Virus record (IMG/VR): IMGVR_UViG_3300023208_000399
Origin: an uncultured virus (IMG/VR IMGVR_UViG_3300023208_000399)
Taxonomy: Duplodnaviria > Heunggongvirae > Uroviricota > Caudoviricetes
Direction: 5' to 3' (one strand)
Length of the DNA: 64,000 nt
Shown piece by piece: positions 9,711 to 19,180 of this stretch (the stretch's first letter is position 1; each line of letters begins with the position of its first letter). The notes beneath the pieces were generated by a model. The model made no database searches, had not been told where the DNA came from, and saw only the letters and a program-made list of their open reading frames with translations. The position numbers and the translations under genes are program-made.

Positions 9711-10349
9711 CTAGTCGGGCAGGAAGAGCACGAAGGACTTCAGCAGGCGCTTGAACACGCCGGGGTTTTCCGGACGGCTCCGCCATTCCTTCTTGCGGGT
9801 CACACCGTCCACGAACGAGAGGCCCAACTCGCCGGGCCAGATCAGCTGATGGAAGGCGTTGTTCAGTCGCCAGTCCGCGTTCGGTTCCAGCTGGCGCTCC
9901 GCCTGGGTGCCGCACTCCAGCGTCAGGGCCCAACCCTCAGCGTCCACGGACAGGCGCGGCTTGTCGATCTCGCCGTCGAACTTCAGTTCAGGAGCACCGA
10001 TCAGCAGGCCCGTGACCGGATCGATCACGCCTTCCCACCACTGAAACCGACCGCCCTGCACATTGGGCGAGCCGAGAGCCGCCGCCGCCAGATCGGACGC
10101 AGGCAGGATTTCGACATCCACGCGCGGTGTGCCGCTGTCGGCCCCGTCCTTGGCGTTCCCGACCCGGCTCAACACGCCATAGGTCGGATGCCGCCCCAGA
10201 TAGGTTTCGACACCCTCGCCCTCGCCGGCGTCGAACAGGGCGAACCCGCCGTCCGTCAGGCACAGCGCCTCGCCCGGCAGTTCGAACCGAACCAGAGTGC
10301 ATTTGATCGGCGCGGGCTGCTGAAACGCCGCGACAAGAGCCGCGTCCAT
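9711..10349 (-). CDS. Minor tail protein (baseplate hub-like)
   Basis: Position between Dit and the NlpC-like gene; HQLIWPGELGL motif. Confidence 0.7.
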   Translation of the reverse strand: MDAALVAAFQQPAPIKCTLVRFELPGEALCLTDGGFALFDAGEGEGVETYLGRHPTYGVLSRVGNAKDGADSGTPRVDVEILPASDLAAAALGSPNVQGGRFQWWEGVIDPVTGLLIGAPELKFDGEIDKPRLSVDAEGWALTLECGTQAERQLEPNADWRLNNAFHQLIWPGELGLSFVDGVTRKKEWRSRPENPGVFKRLLKSFVLFLPD

Positions 10350-10350
10350 C

Positions 10351-10938
10351 TCAGTCCCGCTCCTCGATCGTGAACTTCAGGCCCAGCGCCGACAGGGTGG
10401 ACAGCGACGCCGATTGATTGGCGGGAACCAAACCCTCGACCATCGGCGTCGCTAGTTCGACCGTAGCGCCGTCGATCGTGGGCCTGCGGAGAAGCGTCGT
10501 GATCGGCACTTGGGCCTTGCCCGCGCCGTCCGCCACCACATCGGCCGCGACCAAATAGAGATAGCGCTGACCCGCCAGGACCAGCGACATCCACTTGCCC
10601 TTGGCGATCGGCACGGCCGGAGTCAGCCCCCGCACCGGAACCACAGATCCGGCCGCAACGCCGTCCATGACGGGCGAGCCGTAGGGGCGGCTGGGGATGC
10701 GGTCGGGCACGGGCATGACCACCGGCTCGCGCTTTCCACGGGTCAGGTCGGCGAAGAGGCCCATGCCGCAGGCGCGGGCGTCCAGGGCCGGGATAGTCAC
10801 GTCCCACGCCCAGTGATCGCCCTTCCGCGCTAGGGGTTGAAGCGGTCCCCCGAACGCGGGACGCAGCACATTTCCCGCAGCGACTTCCCGAAACTCGTAG
10901 GTGGTGGTCTCAGGCAGAGCCTGGAGCTGGATCGTCAT
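10351..10938 (-). CDS. Distal tail protein (Dit-like)
   Basis: Immediately follows the tape measure gene. Confidence 0.65.
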   Translation of the reverse strand: MTIQLQALPETTTYEFREVAAGNVLRPAFGGPLQPLARKGDHWAWDVTIPALDARACGMGLFADLTRGKREPVVMPVPDRIPSRPYGSPVMDGVAAGSVVPVRGLTPAVPIAKGKWMSLVLAGQRYLYLVAADVVADGAGKAQVPITTLLRRPTIDGATVELATPMVEGLVPANQSASLSTLSALGLKFTIEERD

Positions 10939-13448
10939 TTCAGGCGATACCTCCGGGCCGCGTTGGCCTGAGATTGGTCCAGGCGAGATTGAGCGACGGC
11001 CTGTTCAGCACCGCGCCGCGCCGCCGCCTCCGCAATGGCCGCCACGGCGGCGTCACCGTTGGCGCCGGACACATCCACCGTGATTGCGATCGCACCGCCG
11101 CCGCCTCGGCCGACGCCCGTCTGAAGGCCACGCATCTGACCATTGGTCAGGATCGAGCCGTTCATGCCGGGCACGAACCACTCGCTCTGAGGGTTGTTGT
11201 GGTTGACCTTGTAGGCGCGGCCGGCCGTGACAGGACCACCGGTCGCACGGGCGCCGCCGCTGAAGAAGGAGCCTATGCCGGAGGCGATGGTGTTGAGGAG
11301 GCCGCCCTTCTTGTCGCCGCCGACGTTCGATATCAGGTCAAAAAGATCATCTGCCAGATTGTCCAGCATCCGGTTCGTGAAGCGGTCCGCCAGGCCCTCG
11401 AAGAACCCGCCGACATCGCCATCAATGGCGGCCCGGATGCCGTCGCTGAACGCAGTGCGAAACTCGTCGCGCATCCGGCCGGAGCGGTCGGCGGCGTCGA
11501 GAGCGTCAAACTCCTGTCCCGCTTTGGCGCGCGCCTCCTGTTCGGTCATCGAGAGACGCAGGGCCATCAGCTCGTTCGTCCGCTGCTCGACGTACAGCCT
11601 GCGCTCGGCGTCGCGGATTGCGCCTTCCTCTCCTCGGAGTCCCGCCAATTGAGCCTCGATCTGAAGTGCATCCAGCAGTTGGTCGTTCAGAAGGCGTTGA
11701 TAGTCTGCCTCGCGCTCAAGCTGGCGCTGTCGCCCCTCAAGGATCTTATCGACATCCTCTTCGGCCTTTGCCCGCTCCTGAATCAACGCCTCGGCCTGAT
11801 TGAGCAGGGACAGATGCTCCAGCGCCCTGGCGTTGGCGTCCGCATAGCCGGCATCCAGATAATCGGCCGTCAGCTGAGCAAGCGTTTGGCGCTCCTCGGC
11901 GGCCTTGATGGACGCTTCGTCGCCCGCAGCACGGGCTTGGACGATTGCGAGTTCCTGCGCGAGTGCGGCCCGCCTTTCGGCCTGGCGCTCGGCAGCAGCG
12001 GCGCCGGATCTGCCCGAGCCGCCACCGGGCGCGCCGGGGCGGCGCTGGGCGTCGGAAAGTCCGAAGTCGCCAAGCTGACTAAGTGCCGCCCGCGACGCGG
12101 CGTCCGCCTCGCCAAGCGCCTTGTCCTGCTCGGCCTTCGCCGCCGCAGCATCGCGCGCCTGTATCTGCTGCTGGAGCGCTGCGACGCGCTGATTAGCGGC
12201 GGCAAGCCCTTGCCGCTGCTGCTGAACTACACGTGACGATTTCAGGAAGGTGTCGTTGGCGAGGGCCTGCGCCTGGTCACGATTTTTGACCGCTTGTTCA
12301 AGTTGCCTCTGAAGATCGTCGCCACGGTAGGGCGCAGGAGCAAAGCTTCCGGTCCCGACGAGAAGACCGGCGCCCAGGGCCGCCGTCCCGAGAACGCCGC
12401 GGCCGGCTATGCCGCCGACGCCACCACCGCCTCGGCCACCTCCGGCTCCAGGGGTCGAGCCCAAGGCAGCCAGCGCCGCGCGGGCCGCTACTGCAGCCGC
12501 GATCAAAGACCGAATGCCCGTGATCGCAGCCCCAACCGGGCCAGAGGCGGCCACGAAAGCCAACAGAGCTAAGCCCGCGGTCTGCGTACCTTCTGGCAAC
12601 TTGTTGAAAGCATCGAGAGCGTTCGACGCCCAAACCAGCACGTCCTTCGCAACGGGGAGAAACTTGCGGCCGAAATCCTCCGCCGCCTTCGTGAACTCGG
12701 CGCGCGTCCGCTTTTCCTGCTCGGCCAACTGGTCGCTTTCGCGTGCGACTTGCCCGTGCATGTCGGCGCTCTGCCGCATGATGATGTTGGCGCGGGCGAT
12801 AGCCTTGGCGCCTTCGGACGCCTGCTCTGCGTTGCCCTTGAACCCCAGCCGGAGCAGCTCGGCCTTCGTAGCAGTCTCGTTGACCACGATGCCGAAGCGC
12901 TTGAGGGGTTCAGTTTCGCCAGTAAGCCCCGAAATCACAGCGCGGAAGGCTTCGGCATCCTCCACGTTTGCGAACGCGCCGATATCCAGAGATCGGCGTT
13001 GCAGCTGATCGACAATCTTCAGAGACTGCTCGGCATCCACCCCCAACGCAGTTAGAACGCCCCTCATCCGAGTGAAGTTGTCCTTCACATCGGTTTCTAG
13101 GCGCCCAAACTCTTCGCTGATCTTCAACACCGCAGCCTGGGCTTCCTTCGGCATGTCGCGGAAGACCTGCTGGAATGCGCCGTCAACGGCCTCTGCGCGC
13201 TTCGCGGCGTTCAGAGAAAAGCCGACGATGGCGCCGAGCGCGACGGTCGATGCAAGCTGTATTGGACGATAGAAGTCGTTTGCGACGTCGCGGCCAGCGT
13301 CCTTCCAGTCCTTCTTGATCGCGTTAAGCGTCTTGCGCGTCTCGGCCTGCGAGCCGTACAGCGCCTTGTTCATCTTCTTGATCTGGCGCTCAAACTGTTC
13401 CGCGTTGGCTTCAACGCGGACCAGAAGTCTCTCGATCTCGTCGGCCAT
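10935..13448 (-). CDS. Tape measure protein
   Basis: 837 aa Ala-rich helical protein; LTGETEPLKRFGI; C-terminal RATGGPV. Confidence 0.9.
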   Translation of the reverse strand: MADEIERLLVRVEANAEQFERQIKKMNKALYGSQAETRKTLNAIKKDWKDAGRDVANDFYRPIQLASTVALGAIVGFSLNAAKRAEAVDGAFQQVFRDMPKEAQAAVLKISEEFGRLETDVKDNFTRMRGVLTALGVDAEQSLKIVDQLQRRSLDIGAFANVEDAEAFRAVISGLTGETEPLKRFGIVVNETATKAELLRLGFKGNAEQASEGAKAIARANIIMRQSADMHGQVARESDQLAEQEKRTRAEFTKAAEDFGRKFLPVAKDVLVWASNALDAFNKLPEGTQTAGLALLAFVAASGPVGAAITGIRSLIAAAVAARAALAALGSTPGAGGGRGGGGVGGIAGRGVLGTAALGAGLLVGTGSFAPAPYRGDDLQRQLEQAVKNRDQAQALANDTFLKSSRVVQQQRQGLAAANQRVAALQQQIQARDAAAAKAEQDKALGEADAASRAALSQLGDFGLSDAQRRPGAPGGGSGRSGAAAAERQAERRAALAQELAIVQARAAGDEASIKAAEERQTLAQLTADYLDAGYADANARALEHLSLLNQAEALIQERAKAEEDVDKILEGRQRQLEREADYQRLLNDQLLDALQIEAQLAGLRGEEGAIRDAERRLYVEQRTNELMALRLSMTEQEARAKAGQEFDALDAADRSGRMRDEFRTAFSDGIRAAIDGDVGGFFEGLADRFTNRMLDNLADDLFDLISNVGGDKKGGLLNTIASGIGSFFSGGARATGGPVTAGRAYKVNHNNPQSEWFVPGMNGSILTNGQMRGLQTGVGRGGGGAIAITVDVSGANGDAAVAAIAEAAARRGAEQAVAQSRLDQSQANAARRYRLK

Positions 13449-13476
13449 GAAGCCTCCTTGTGGAGGCTGTAGCCTC

Positions 13477-13818
13477 CTACGGTAGGTCGCGCCCCGCCCA
13501 GTTGTTGCCCAGTTTCTCCCGACACCATCCGTCCAACGCCGCGCTCATCACCGGTCGGCCGTCGTCAACGATCAGGGTCTTGCTGTCTTCGCGGTAGACA
13601 AGATCGGCGCCCGCTCGTCTGGCGCACACCGCTCGTTCGCGGATGCCTTCGACAATCACCGCGTCGGTTAGGGAGGAACCCGCTGCTGCGCGAGCCGCCG
13701 CAAAGAGGTCAGCGTCGTGGTCGAGGGGCGCCGATGAGCGGAAGTATTGATTGTAGGCGCAGGGAGCGACGACGAAGAGCAGAAGCGCAGCAAGCGCGAT
13801 ATTGCGAAGGGTCTTCAT
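13477..13818 (-). CDS. Hypothetical exported/membrane protein inserted before the TMP
   Basis: N-terminal signal/TM; RBS AGGAGG; classic moron slot. Confidence 0.6.
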   Translation of the reverse strand: MKTLRNIALAALLLFVVAPCAYNQYFRSSAPLDHDADLFAAARAAAGSSLTDAVIVEGIRERAVCARRAGADLVYREDSKTLIVDDGRPVMSAALDGWCREKLGNNWAGRDLP

Positions 13819-13835
13819 GGCTCGTCCTCCTGAGC

Positions 13836-14069
13836 CTAAGACCTAGCCGCTTTCACCGCTCGTTCAAATGCCTCTATGGACGGGGCGCCGGCCTTCTCCT
13901 CGACACCCTGCGCCTTGCGCCAGCCCCGATGCGCCTCGCTTAGCTGCCAGAGACTGCTTTCGCGGACCTCTTTCGGGGAGAGTCCGATTTGCGCACCAGC
14001 GGCGTAGAGTCCTGCGAAGCGGATTTTTCGGCGGGGGAGGGGTCTTTCGCCCCCGCTTGTTGCTCCCCC
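13836..14069 (-). CDS. Tail assembly chaperone -1 frameshift extension (gpT-like)
   Basis: -1 frame KIRFAGLYAAGAQIGLSPKEVRESSLWQL; candidate slip site GGGGGAG at 14069-14063. Confidence 0.6.
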   Translation of the reverse strand, partial: GGATSGGERPLPRRKIRFAGLYAAGAQIGLSPKEVRESSLWQLSEAHRGWRKAQGVEEKAGAPSIEAFERAVKAARS

Positions 14070-14395
14070 GACGGGGTGTCCTCGTCGGGAGCGCCGACCA
14101 GGGCCGCGGCGAGGATGCCGAGGACGAGCGGCTTCAGCGAAGCCAGATAGCCCTCCGCAGCATATCGGGCCTGCATAGCCAAAGCGCGCATCGGGTCCAT
14201 ACCGCCACGGATCAAGCCGATGCGAATGGGCTCCCTTAGGTCGGCGATGCGCCAGTTGCCGTTTGAGACCCGGTGATAAAGCTCTTCGGGTCCGGCGTCG
14301 GTCTTCTCCTGCAACTCCTCCAGACCGCCGATGTCGAGGACGAAATCGTAGACTCCGTCCCCGAACGGAGCCCGGTACTTGGCGCTGCGGCTCAT
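13940..14395 (-). CDS. Tail assembly chaperone (GTA-gp10-like, gpG)
   Basis: LEELQEKTDAGP and IRIGLIRGGM motifs; follows the tail tube gene. Confidence 0.8.
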   Translation of the reverse strand: MSRSAKYRAPFGDGVYDFVLDIGGLEELQEKTDAGPEELYHRVSNGNWRIADLREPIRIGLIRGGMDPMRALAMQARYAAEGYLASLKPLVLGILAAALVGAPDEDTPSGEQQAGAKDPSPAEKSASQDSTPLVRKSDSPRKRSAKAVSGS

Positions 14396-14829
14396 CAGGC
14401 GCCGGCCGTGATGGTCGGCTCGTCGGCCTGGACCAGAGTGACCGAGGCCGTGGCGTATTCACGGGCATTTCCGGTGATCGAGAACTCGGTCAGGATGTAG
14501 GGGCCGGCGATCTGGAAGGAGCCGGCCTTGCGGACGCGGCAGTTGATCGTTTGACCTACGCGGTTCAACCAGGCCAGCACCGACGCGGAATGCAGGAGGC
14601 CTTCGCCGCTGATCGTGCTGTCGGTCGAGTCCGTGCGCCGCATGGTCTTGGGCGGCTTGGACGGATCGGTGCAGTTGGGGATCTGCTGATCGGTCGTGGT
14701 CGCCGTGCGGTTGAACCCGCGCGAGCCGTTGATCATGCAGTCATGGGCGAAGACCTCGGGGTCCGCACCGTCGCCGAGCTGGACGAGGATTTCCTCGCCC
14801 GAGACGACGCTCACGAAAACGTCCGACAT
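14395..14829 (-). CDS. Major tail tube protein
   Basis: LGDGADPEVF, ISGEG motifs; position. Confidence 0.85.
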   Translation of the reverse strand: MSDVFVSVVSGEEILVQLGDGADPEVFAHDCMINGSRGFNRTATTTDQQIPNCTDPSKPPKTMRRTDSTDSTISGEGLLHSASVLAWLNRVGQTINCRVRKAGSFQIAGPYILTEFSITGNAREYATASVTLVQADEPTITAGA

Positions 14830-14889
14830 TCGGATGCCTTTCTCTGTCGAAGAAACCCCCGAGGGGGCGGGATGGCCCGCAGGGCGGGA

Positions 14890-15312
14890 TCAGGCGGCCT
14901 TCTTCAGGCCGTAGCGCAGGCGAAGGAGGGCGCGGCTGGTGAGGCCGTCCTGCTCGCGCTGATAGGACAGGCGCTCGACCCGGTGCGTCACCACCTCGAA
15001 GCCTGCGACGGCGAGTTTGGTGTTCAGCAGGGCCGCAGCGCGAGCGCCGATGCGCTTCACCTCCGGATAGCCGACCTCTCGGGACCACCCGTTCAGGTCG
15101 ATAAAGCAGTCAGAGGGGCCGACGCAGGCCGTACCTTCATCGGTCGTATCGGCTGAGCCGAAACTCAGGTACGGAAACGGCCCTTGCGGAATGCCGTCCA
15201 CATTGACCGGAACGCGGTCGAAGATGCGACCGGCGATCAGGGTGTCTAGCTCTGCGTCGGCCTTGACCGCCGCGACGATGGCGGCCTGAAGCGGAAGCTG
15301 CGGGTCGATCAT
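14890..15312 (-). CDS. DUF3168 tail terminator
   Basis: LQAAIVAA...RIFDRVP...FPYLSFG. Confidence 0.85.
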   Translation of the reverse strand: MIDPQLPLQAAIVAAVKADAELDTLIAGRIFDRVPVNVDGIPQGPFPYLSFGSADTTDEGTACVGPSDCFIDLNGWSREVGYPEVKRIGARAAALLNTKLAVAGFEVVTHRVERLSYQREQDGLTSRALLRLRYGLKKAA

Positions 15313-15728
15313 CGGGCGGCCTCCGCCTTGATGGCGCGGCGCATGGCGTTGGCGATCCGGCGCTTCACCTTGCGCTGATTTGCCCGAACCACTGGATAGA
15401 ACGAAGGGCTGGCCTCGACGTGTCGGCCGTTGGCGGCAAGGTGTCCAAGCTCGACACGCGGCGCCTTCGGGCGGCCCTTCGCATCCTTCGCGTCGCTGAT
15501 CACGACATAAGACACTTCGCCAAGGCGGCCCTCTTCGACGTGGATATGGTCGCGGACCTGTTCTCCGTTGTTCGGATCGTCATCCCGAGGTGCGATCCGG
15601 CGCATCTGGGCCGCCATCTCCTCTGCTTGAAGAAAGGCCTCCTGGCCCGCCGCCTTGCGGACGGCTGGGGTCATGGCCGACAGCTTGCGGGTCAGACGTT
15701 CGACGCCTTCAAGGCCGCCCTTAGCCAT
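15309..15728 (-). CDS. HK97-gp10-like tail component
   Basis: VELGH...PSFYP motif; position. Confidence 0.8.
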   Translation of the reverse strand: MAKGGLEGVERLTRKLSAMTPAVRKAAGQEAFLQAEEMAAQMRRIAPRDDDPNNGEQVRDHIHVEEGRLGEVSYVVISDAKDAKGRPKAPRVELGHLAANGRHVEASPSFYPVVRANQRKVKRRIANAMRRAIKAEAAR

Positions 15729-16080
15729 CGGCGCCTCCTGACACGGCCTGAATCAGCAACCACGTTCGGTCGCCGTCCATGTCGCCGATGAACCCGATAT
15801 TGAAGGTGCGCGAGGTGTCCCGCTGGTCCACCATTCGGTCGCCGGTCTGGAGCGAGCGGGTGCCGCTGTCTGACCTGACCCAGCAATCCCACTGCACACG
15901 CCCCGAGAGGCGGTCGGATTGCACCGCCTCGCTGCCCCGCGTGGGAAGCAGGCTCGCCGCGCGGCTGATCCCCAAGGGCTCCCAGCCCTGGACCGGGTTT
16001 CCGTAGGCATCCGACCCCTCGGCCCGACGCTCGAAATAGACCCGCTGGCGCAGATCGCCCGCACCCTTAGGCTTCGGCAT
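15721..16080 (-). CDS. Head-tail adaptor (head closure)
   Basis: AGDLRQRVYF...DAYGN motif. Confidence 0.8.
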   Translation of the reverse strand: MPKPKGAGDLRQRVYFERRAEGSDAYGNPVQGWEPLGISRAASLLPTRGSEAVQSDRLSGRVQWDCWVRSDSGTRSLQTGDRMVDQRDTSRTFNIGFIGDMDGDRTWLLIQAVSGGADG

Positions 16081-16312
16081 CGGTATGCTTCGCCTTCGGG
16101 AGTGAGCCGCCCTTTCGTCCGTCCTGGTCATGGTCCAGCGGGTCGGAGGCCACCTCCTCGCCAGCGCCAGCCTGGACCGCCGCCTCACCACACTCGCGCT
16201 TGACGGTGTAGATGCCGTCCTTGTTTGCGCCACCGGCAGCGCGATAGGCGATCAGCACGCGCGGCTCTTCGGACGGAATGTAGTCGAACGATTCAGTGAA
16301 GCGGACGCGCAT
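16067..16312 (-). CDS. Hypothetical phage protein
   Basis: Coupled ORF in the head-tail region. Confidence 0.6.
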   Translation of the reverse strand: MRVRFTESFDYIPSEEPRVLIAYRAAGGANKDGIYTVKRECGEAAVQAGAGEEVASDPLDHDQDGRKGGSLPKAKHTDAEA

Positions 16313-16322
16313 GGCGATCTCC

Positions 16323-16622
16323 TCAGACCCGAAGCCAGCGGTACGGGTCGATCAGGTTTCGGATCGGCGATCCATCAGACAGCACCGGCTCGCGATTCGC
16401 GTAGAGATCGCCGAGCGCCAGCAGCGCGGCGGCCTTGAAGGCCGCGACAGCGGCGCCGCCAGGCACAAGCGCGAGGTTGCAGTATTGCAGCACACGGCTG
16501 ACTGCGGCATCCGCGTAAGTGCTGATCAAGGCGTCGTCGTCACTATGATCGACGCGCAGATGTTCCTTGGCCTCTTCGAGGGTGAACAGCGGGCCGGTCT
16601 CGGTGACGACGACGTTGAGCAT
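16323..16622 (-). CDS. Head-tail connector (gp6-like)
   Basis: TLEEAKEHLRVD..DDALI; LYANRE; LIDPYR. Confidence 0.9.
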   Translation of the reverse strand: MLNVVVTETGPLFTLEEAKEHLRVDHSDDDALISTYADAAVSRVLQYCNLALVPGGAAVAAFKAAALLALGDLYANREPVLSDGSPIRNLIDPYRWLRV

Positions 16623-16625
16623 GGG

Positions 16626-16943
16626 TCAGTCCTTCGTGGCTTCGGTCTTGCCGTAGACCGACATATCCAGTCCCTGGCCGGCAAAGCCATCTTCCGAGGG
16701 ATGGCGGCGAACCGGATCATTGAAATCGCCGCCGTTCTGCACGGCCGAGGTGCCCGCGCGCGGGTTGTTCTCGACCGAAGGGTGTTCGACCGGTATCGCT
16801 GCCTTGATCTCCGGCTCGATGAACGCACCCGAGGCCGAGTCCATCTCGGTCGCCGGATCCGGGTTCTCGACCGCCATGGTCTCGGGCAAGCGGCCCTCGG
16901 ATTTGGCGGGTTCGGCCGCAGGGGCCTTCTCAATCTTGGCCAT
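16626..16943 (-). CDS. Hypothetical acidic protein after the capsid gene
   Basis: Strong RBS AAGGAGG; ORF fits the gap. Confidence 0.6.
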   Translation of the reverse strand: MAKIEKAPAAEPAKSEGRLPETMAVENPDPATEMDSASGAFIEPEIKAAIPVEHPSVENNPRAGTSAVQNGGDFNDPVRRHPSEDGFAGQGLDMSVYGKTEATKD

Positions 16944-17009
16944 AACGGCCTCCTTTTTCAGATGGATGGTCCCCGGCTTGCCAGGAAGGACGGCGCGCAT
17001 CCGCCCTGG

Positions 17010-17040
17010 AAAGCCGGGCCGGGATCTAACCCGGCCCGGT
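17010..17040 (-). terminator. Terminator hairpin after the major capsid gene
   Basis: CCGGGCCGGG-TTAGAT-CCCGGCCCGG then CTTT. Confidence 0.6.
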
Positions 17041-17056
17041 GACCTCAGATGGCCGC

Positions 17057-18274
17057 TTAGGAAGCGGCCATCTTCAGGGCCTTAATGGCCTCCGGGTTCT
17101 GTACGCCGCCGCCAACGCGCTTCGTGGTGTAAAACATCACGTAGGGCTTATTGGAGTACGGGTCGCGAAGGACGCGGACGCCAGTGCGATCGACGATCAG
17201 ATAGCCCCGGCGGAAATCGCCGAAAGCGATCGGTACGGCGCCGGCCGCCATGTTCGGCATCGCCGCCATTTCCGTCACCGGATAGCCCAGGAGTTGGGCC
17301 GGCTGGCCCGCCTGCAGCGAGGGCTGCCAGATGTAGTTGCCGTCGCCGTCCTTCAGCTTCCGAACCTTCGACAGGCTGTTGCGGTTGGTGACGAAACGCG
17401 CGTTCTGCGCGAGCACACCCGGCAGGCTGTAGACCAGGTCTATCAGCTCGTCGGTCGTAACCGCCGCAGCAGCGGCGGCCGTGGTGACCTGGATCGCGCC
17501 CAGGGGATTGTCGGCGGCGTTGGCGGCGCCGGTGACGTAGGTCAGGAAGCCCTTGGGCTTGTTTGTGCCGTTGCCGGACACGAAGGCCAGGCCCTCCTGG
17601 TAGGCGAACTCGGTCTCGACCTCGTTGGCCAGCCAGGCCTCCAGGTTGACCTCCGCGTCGTCCAGCAGTTGCTGGGTCGCTGCGGGGTTCGCGTACAACT
17701 CGCCCGGGACGAAGGTCTGCGCGCCGAACTCCGGAGTCGCAGTCTCCGGACGGGCGGCAGTTTCACCGACCCAGCCGGAACCGGTACCGTGCAGATTGTA
17801 CAGCTTCTTGAAGCCGGCGCTCGACACGGTCTGCACGGTCGCGATCTGGCGCATGGGCGAGACCTCGATCAGCTTGTCGGTGATCGTGCGGTCCCACTCG
17901 ATGGGGGCCAGATAGCCGCCCTCATCGTCGGCGCCCTTGTTCAGGGACGCCTCGACGGAGCCTTTGCGGAAGTGCGCCTGAAAGGCCGAGGTGTACTCGG
18001 CGTCACGCGGTGCGTCCTTGTTGGCGGCGCCGGCCGCGATCTTGGCGTTCAGATCGTCGATCGTCGCCTGGAAACCGTCGATAGCGGCGTCGAGGCGCTG
18101 GACCTTCTCGTCCAGGATCACGTCCGCCTTGGCCTTCAGCTTCTCGTCGTTCGTTTTCTTGAACTCTTCGAAGGCGGCCTGCAGTTGGCCGATCATAGTC
18201 TTAGGGTCGGTGACGTCGGCGCGCACGCCGCCGCACAGGGCGCGCGGAGCTGCGCCCAGCAGATGGGTCTTCAT
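17057..18274 (-). CDS. Major capsid protein, HK97 fold
   Basis: EGGYLAP, F..GNGTNKPKG, LKDGDGNYIWQP, FGDF, KRVGG. Confidence 0.95.
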   Translation of the reverse strand: MKTHLLGAAPRALCGGVRADVTDPKTMIGQLQAAFEEFKKTNDEKLKAKADVILDEKVQRLDAAIDGFQATIDDLNAKIAAGAANKDAPRDAEYTSAFQAHFRKGSVEASLNKGADDEGGYLAPIEWDRTITDKLIEVSPMRQIATVQTVSSAGFKKLYNLHGTGSGWVGETAARPETATPEFGAQTFVPGELYANPAATQQLLDDAEVNLEAWLANEVETEFAYQEGLAFVSGNGTNKPKGFLTYVTGAANAADNPLGAIQVTTAAAAAAVTTDELIDLVYSLPGVLAQNARFVTNRNSLSKVRKLKDGDGNYIWQPSLQAGQPAQLLGYPVTEMAAMPNMAAGAVPIAFGDFRRGYLIVDRTGVRVLRDPYSNKPYVMFYTTKRVGGGVQNPEAIKALKMAAS

Positions 18275-18295
18275 GATGATATCTCCTGACGCGCC

Positions 18296-19180
18296 TTAGG
18301 CGCGGATGGTGGCAAGCAAGTCGGCCATGGAAGCCGACAGTTCGTGGTCGCCAGCGCCCGGCGTGGCGTCGTCATCAGGGGCAGCGCCAGGCGTGCCCTT
18401 GATCTTGCTGATGCGGTCGCGCGCCTGGGTGCGCGTCATGCCCGCACGGACGAGGTCAAGCTCCGCGGCGCGGAGCTCGTTGACCCGGCGATCTTCCGCC
18501 TTGGCTTTCTCGTCGGTTGTGGTCTTGTCGGCTGGCAGCAGAGCGTCGGCGAACCCGCGCTCGATCGCCTGCGAGCCTGACATGAAGGTCTCGGCGTCCA
18601 TCCAGGCCGCGATCTGGTCCGCCTTCTGTCCCGAACGGGCGGCATAGACTTCGACCATGGCAGCGTCGAACGGGTCAAGGAACTCAGCGGTCTCGCGCAT
18701 GTCGTGCCGGTTCCCCATCGCGAGAACCCAGCAGTTGTGGATCATCAGGAAGGAAGCCGCCCCGATCTCGATCTTGTCGCCGGCCATGGCGATAATCGAG
18801 GCGGCGGAGGCGGCCATCCCCATGACCTTGACCGTGATCTCCTGCGGGTGCTCGCGCAGGACATTGTAGATCGCGATCCCCTCGAACATGTCGCCGCCCG
18901 GCGAGTTGATCTGGACCTCGACGGGCCGGTCTCCGATGGCGCGAAGCTGCTGCGAAACCTTCTTCGCCGTGATCCCGCCGCCGGACCAGAAGTCCTCGCC
19001 GATCACATCGAACATGGTGACGACGTTGTCGCCCCGCTCCAGGGCGCGCACGCCCGCCGCGTCTTCCGACCATTTGTCGAAGACCTGGGGCTTCGTGAAT
19101 GCCGCCACGTCACGGCGCGCGGGGAGGGGCATGGCCCCCGGACGCGCCTTGGCAAAAACCCGCAGATTACGCTGGCGCAT
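18296..19180 (-). CDS. Head maturation protease, ClpP-like (S14)
   Basis: INSPGGDMFEG, GMAASAAS, MIHN. Confidence 0.92.
   Translation of the reverse strand: MRQRNLRVFAKARPGAMPLPARRDVAAFTKPQVFDKWSEDAAGVRALERGDNVVTMFDVIGEDFWSGGGITAKKVSQQLRAIGDRPVEVQINSPGGDMFEGIAIYNVLREHPQEITVKVMGMAASAASIIAMAGDKIEIGAASFLMIHNCWVLAMGNRHDMRETAEFLDPFDAAMVEVYAARSGQKADQIAAWMDAETFMSGSQAIERGFADALLPADKTTTDEKAKAEDRRVNELRAAELDLVRAGMTRTQARDRISKIKGTPGAAPDDDATPGAGDHELSASMADLLATIRA

Noticed and set aside
7934..9754. 606-aa + strand ORF and similar long antisense ORFs (e.g. 10974-12236, 17039-18289, 20404-21795)
   Set aside because: Antisense shadows of clear structural genes in high-GC DNA
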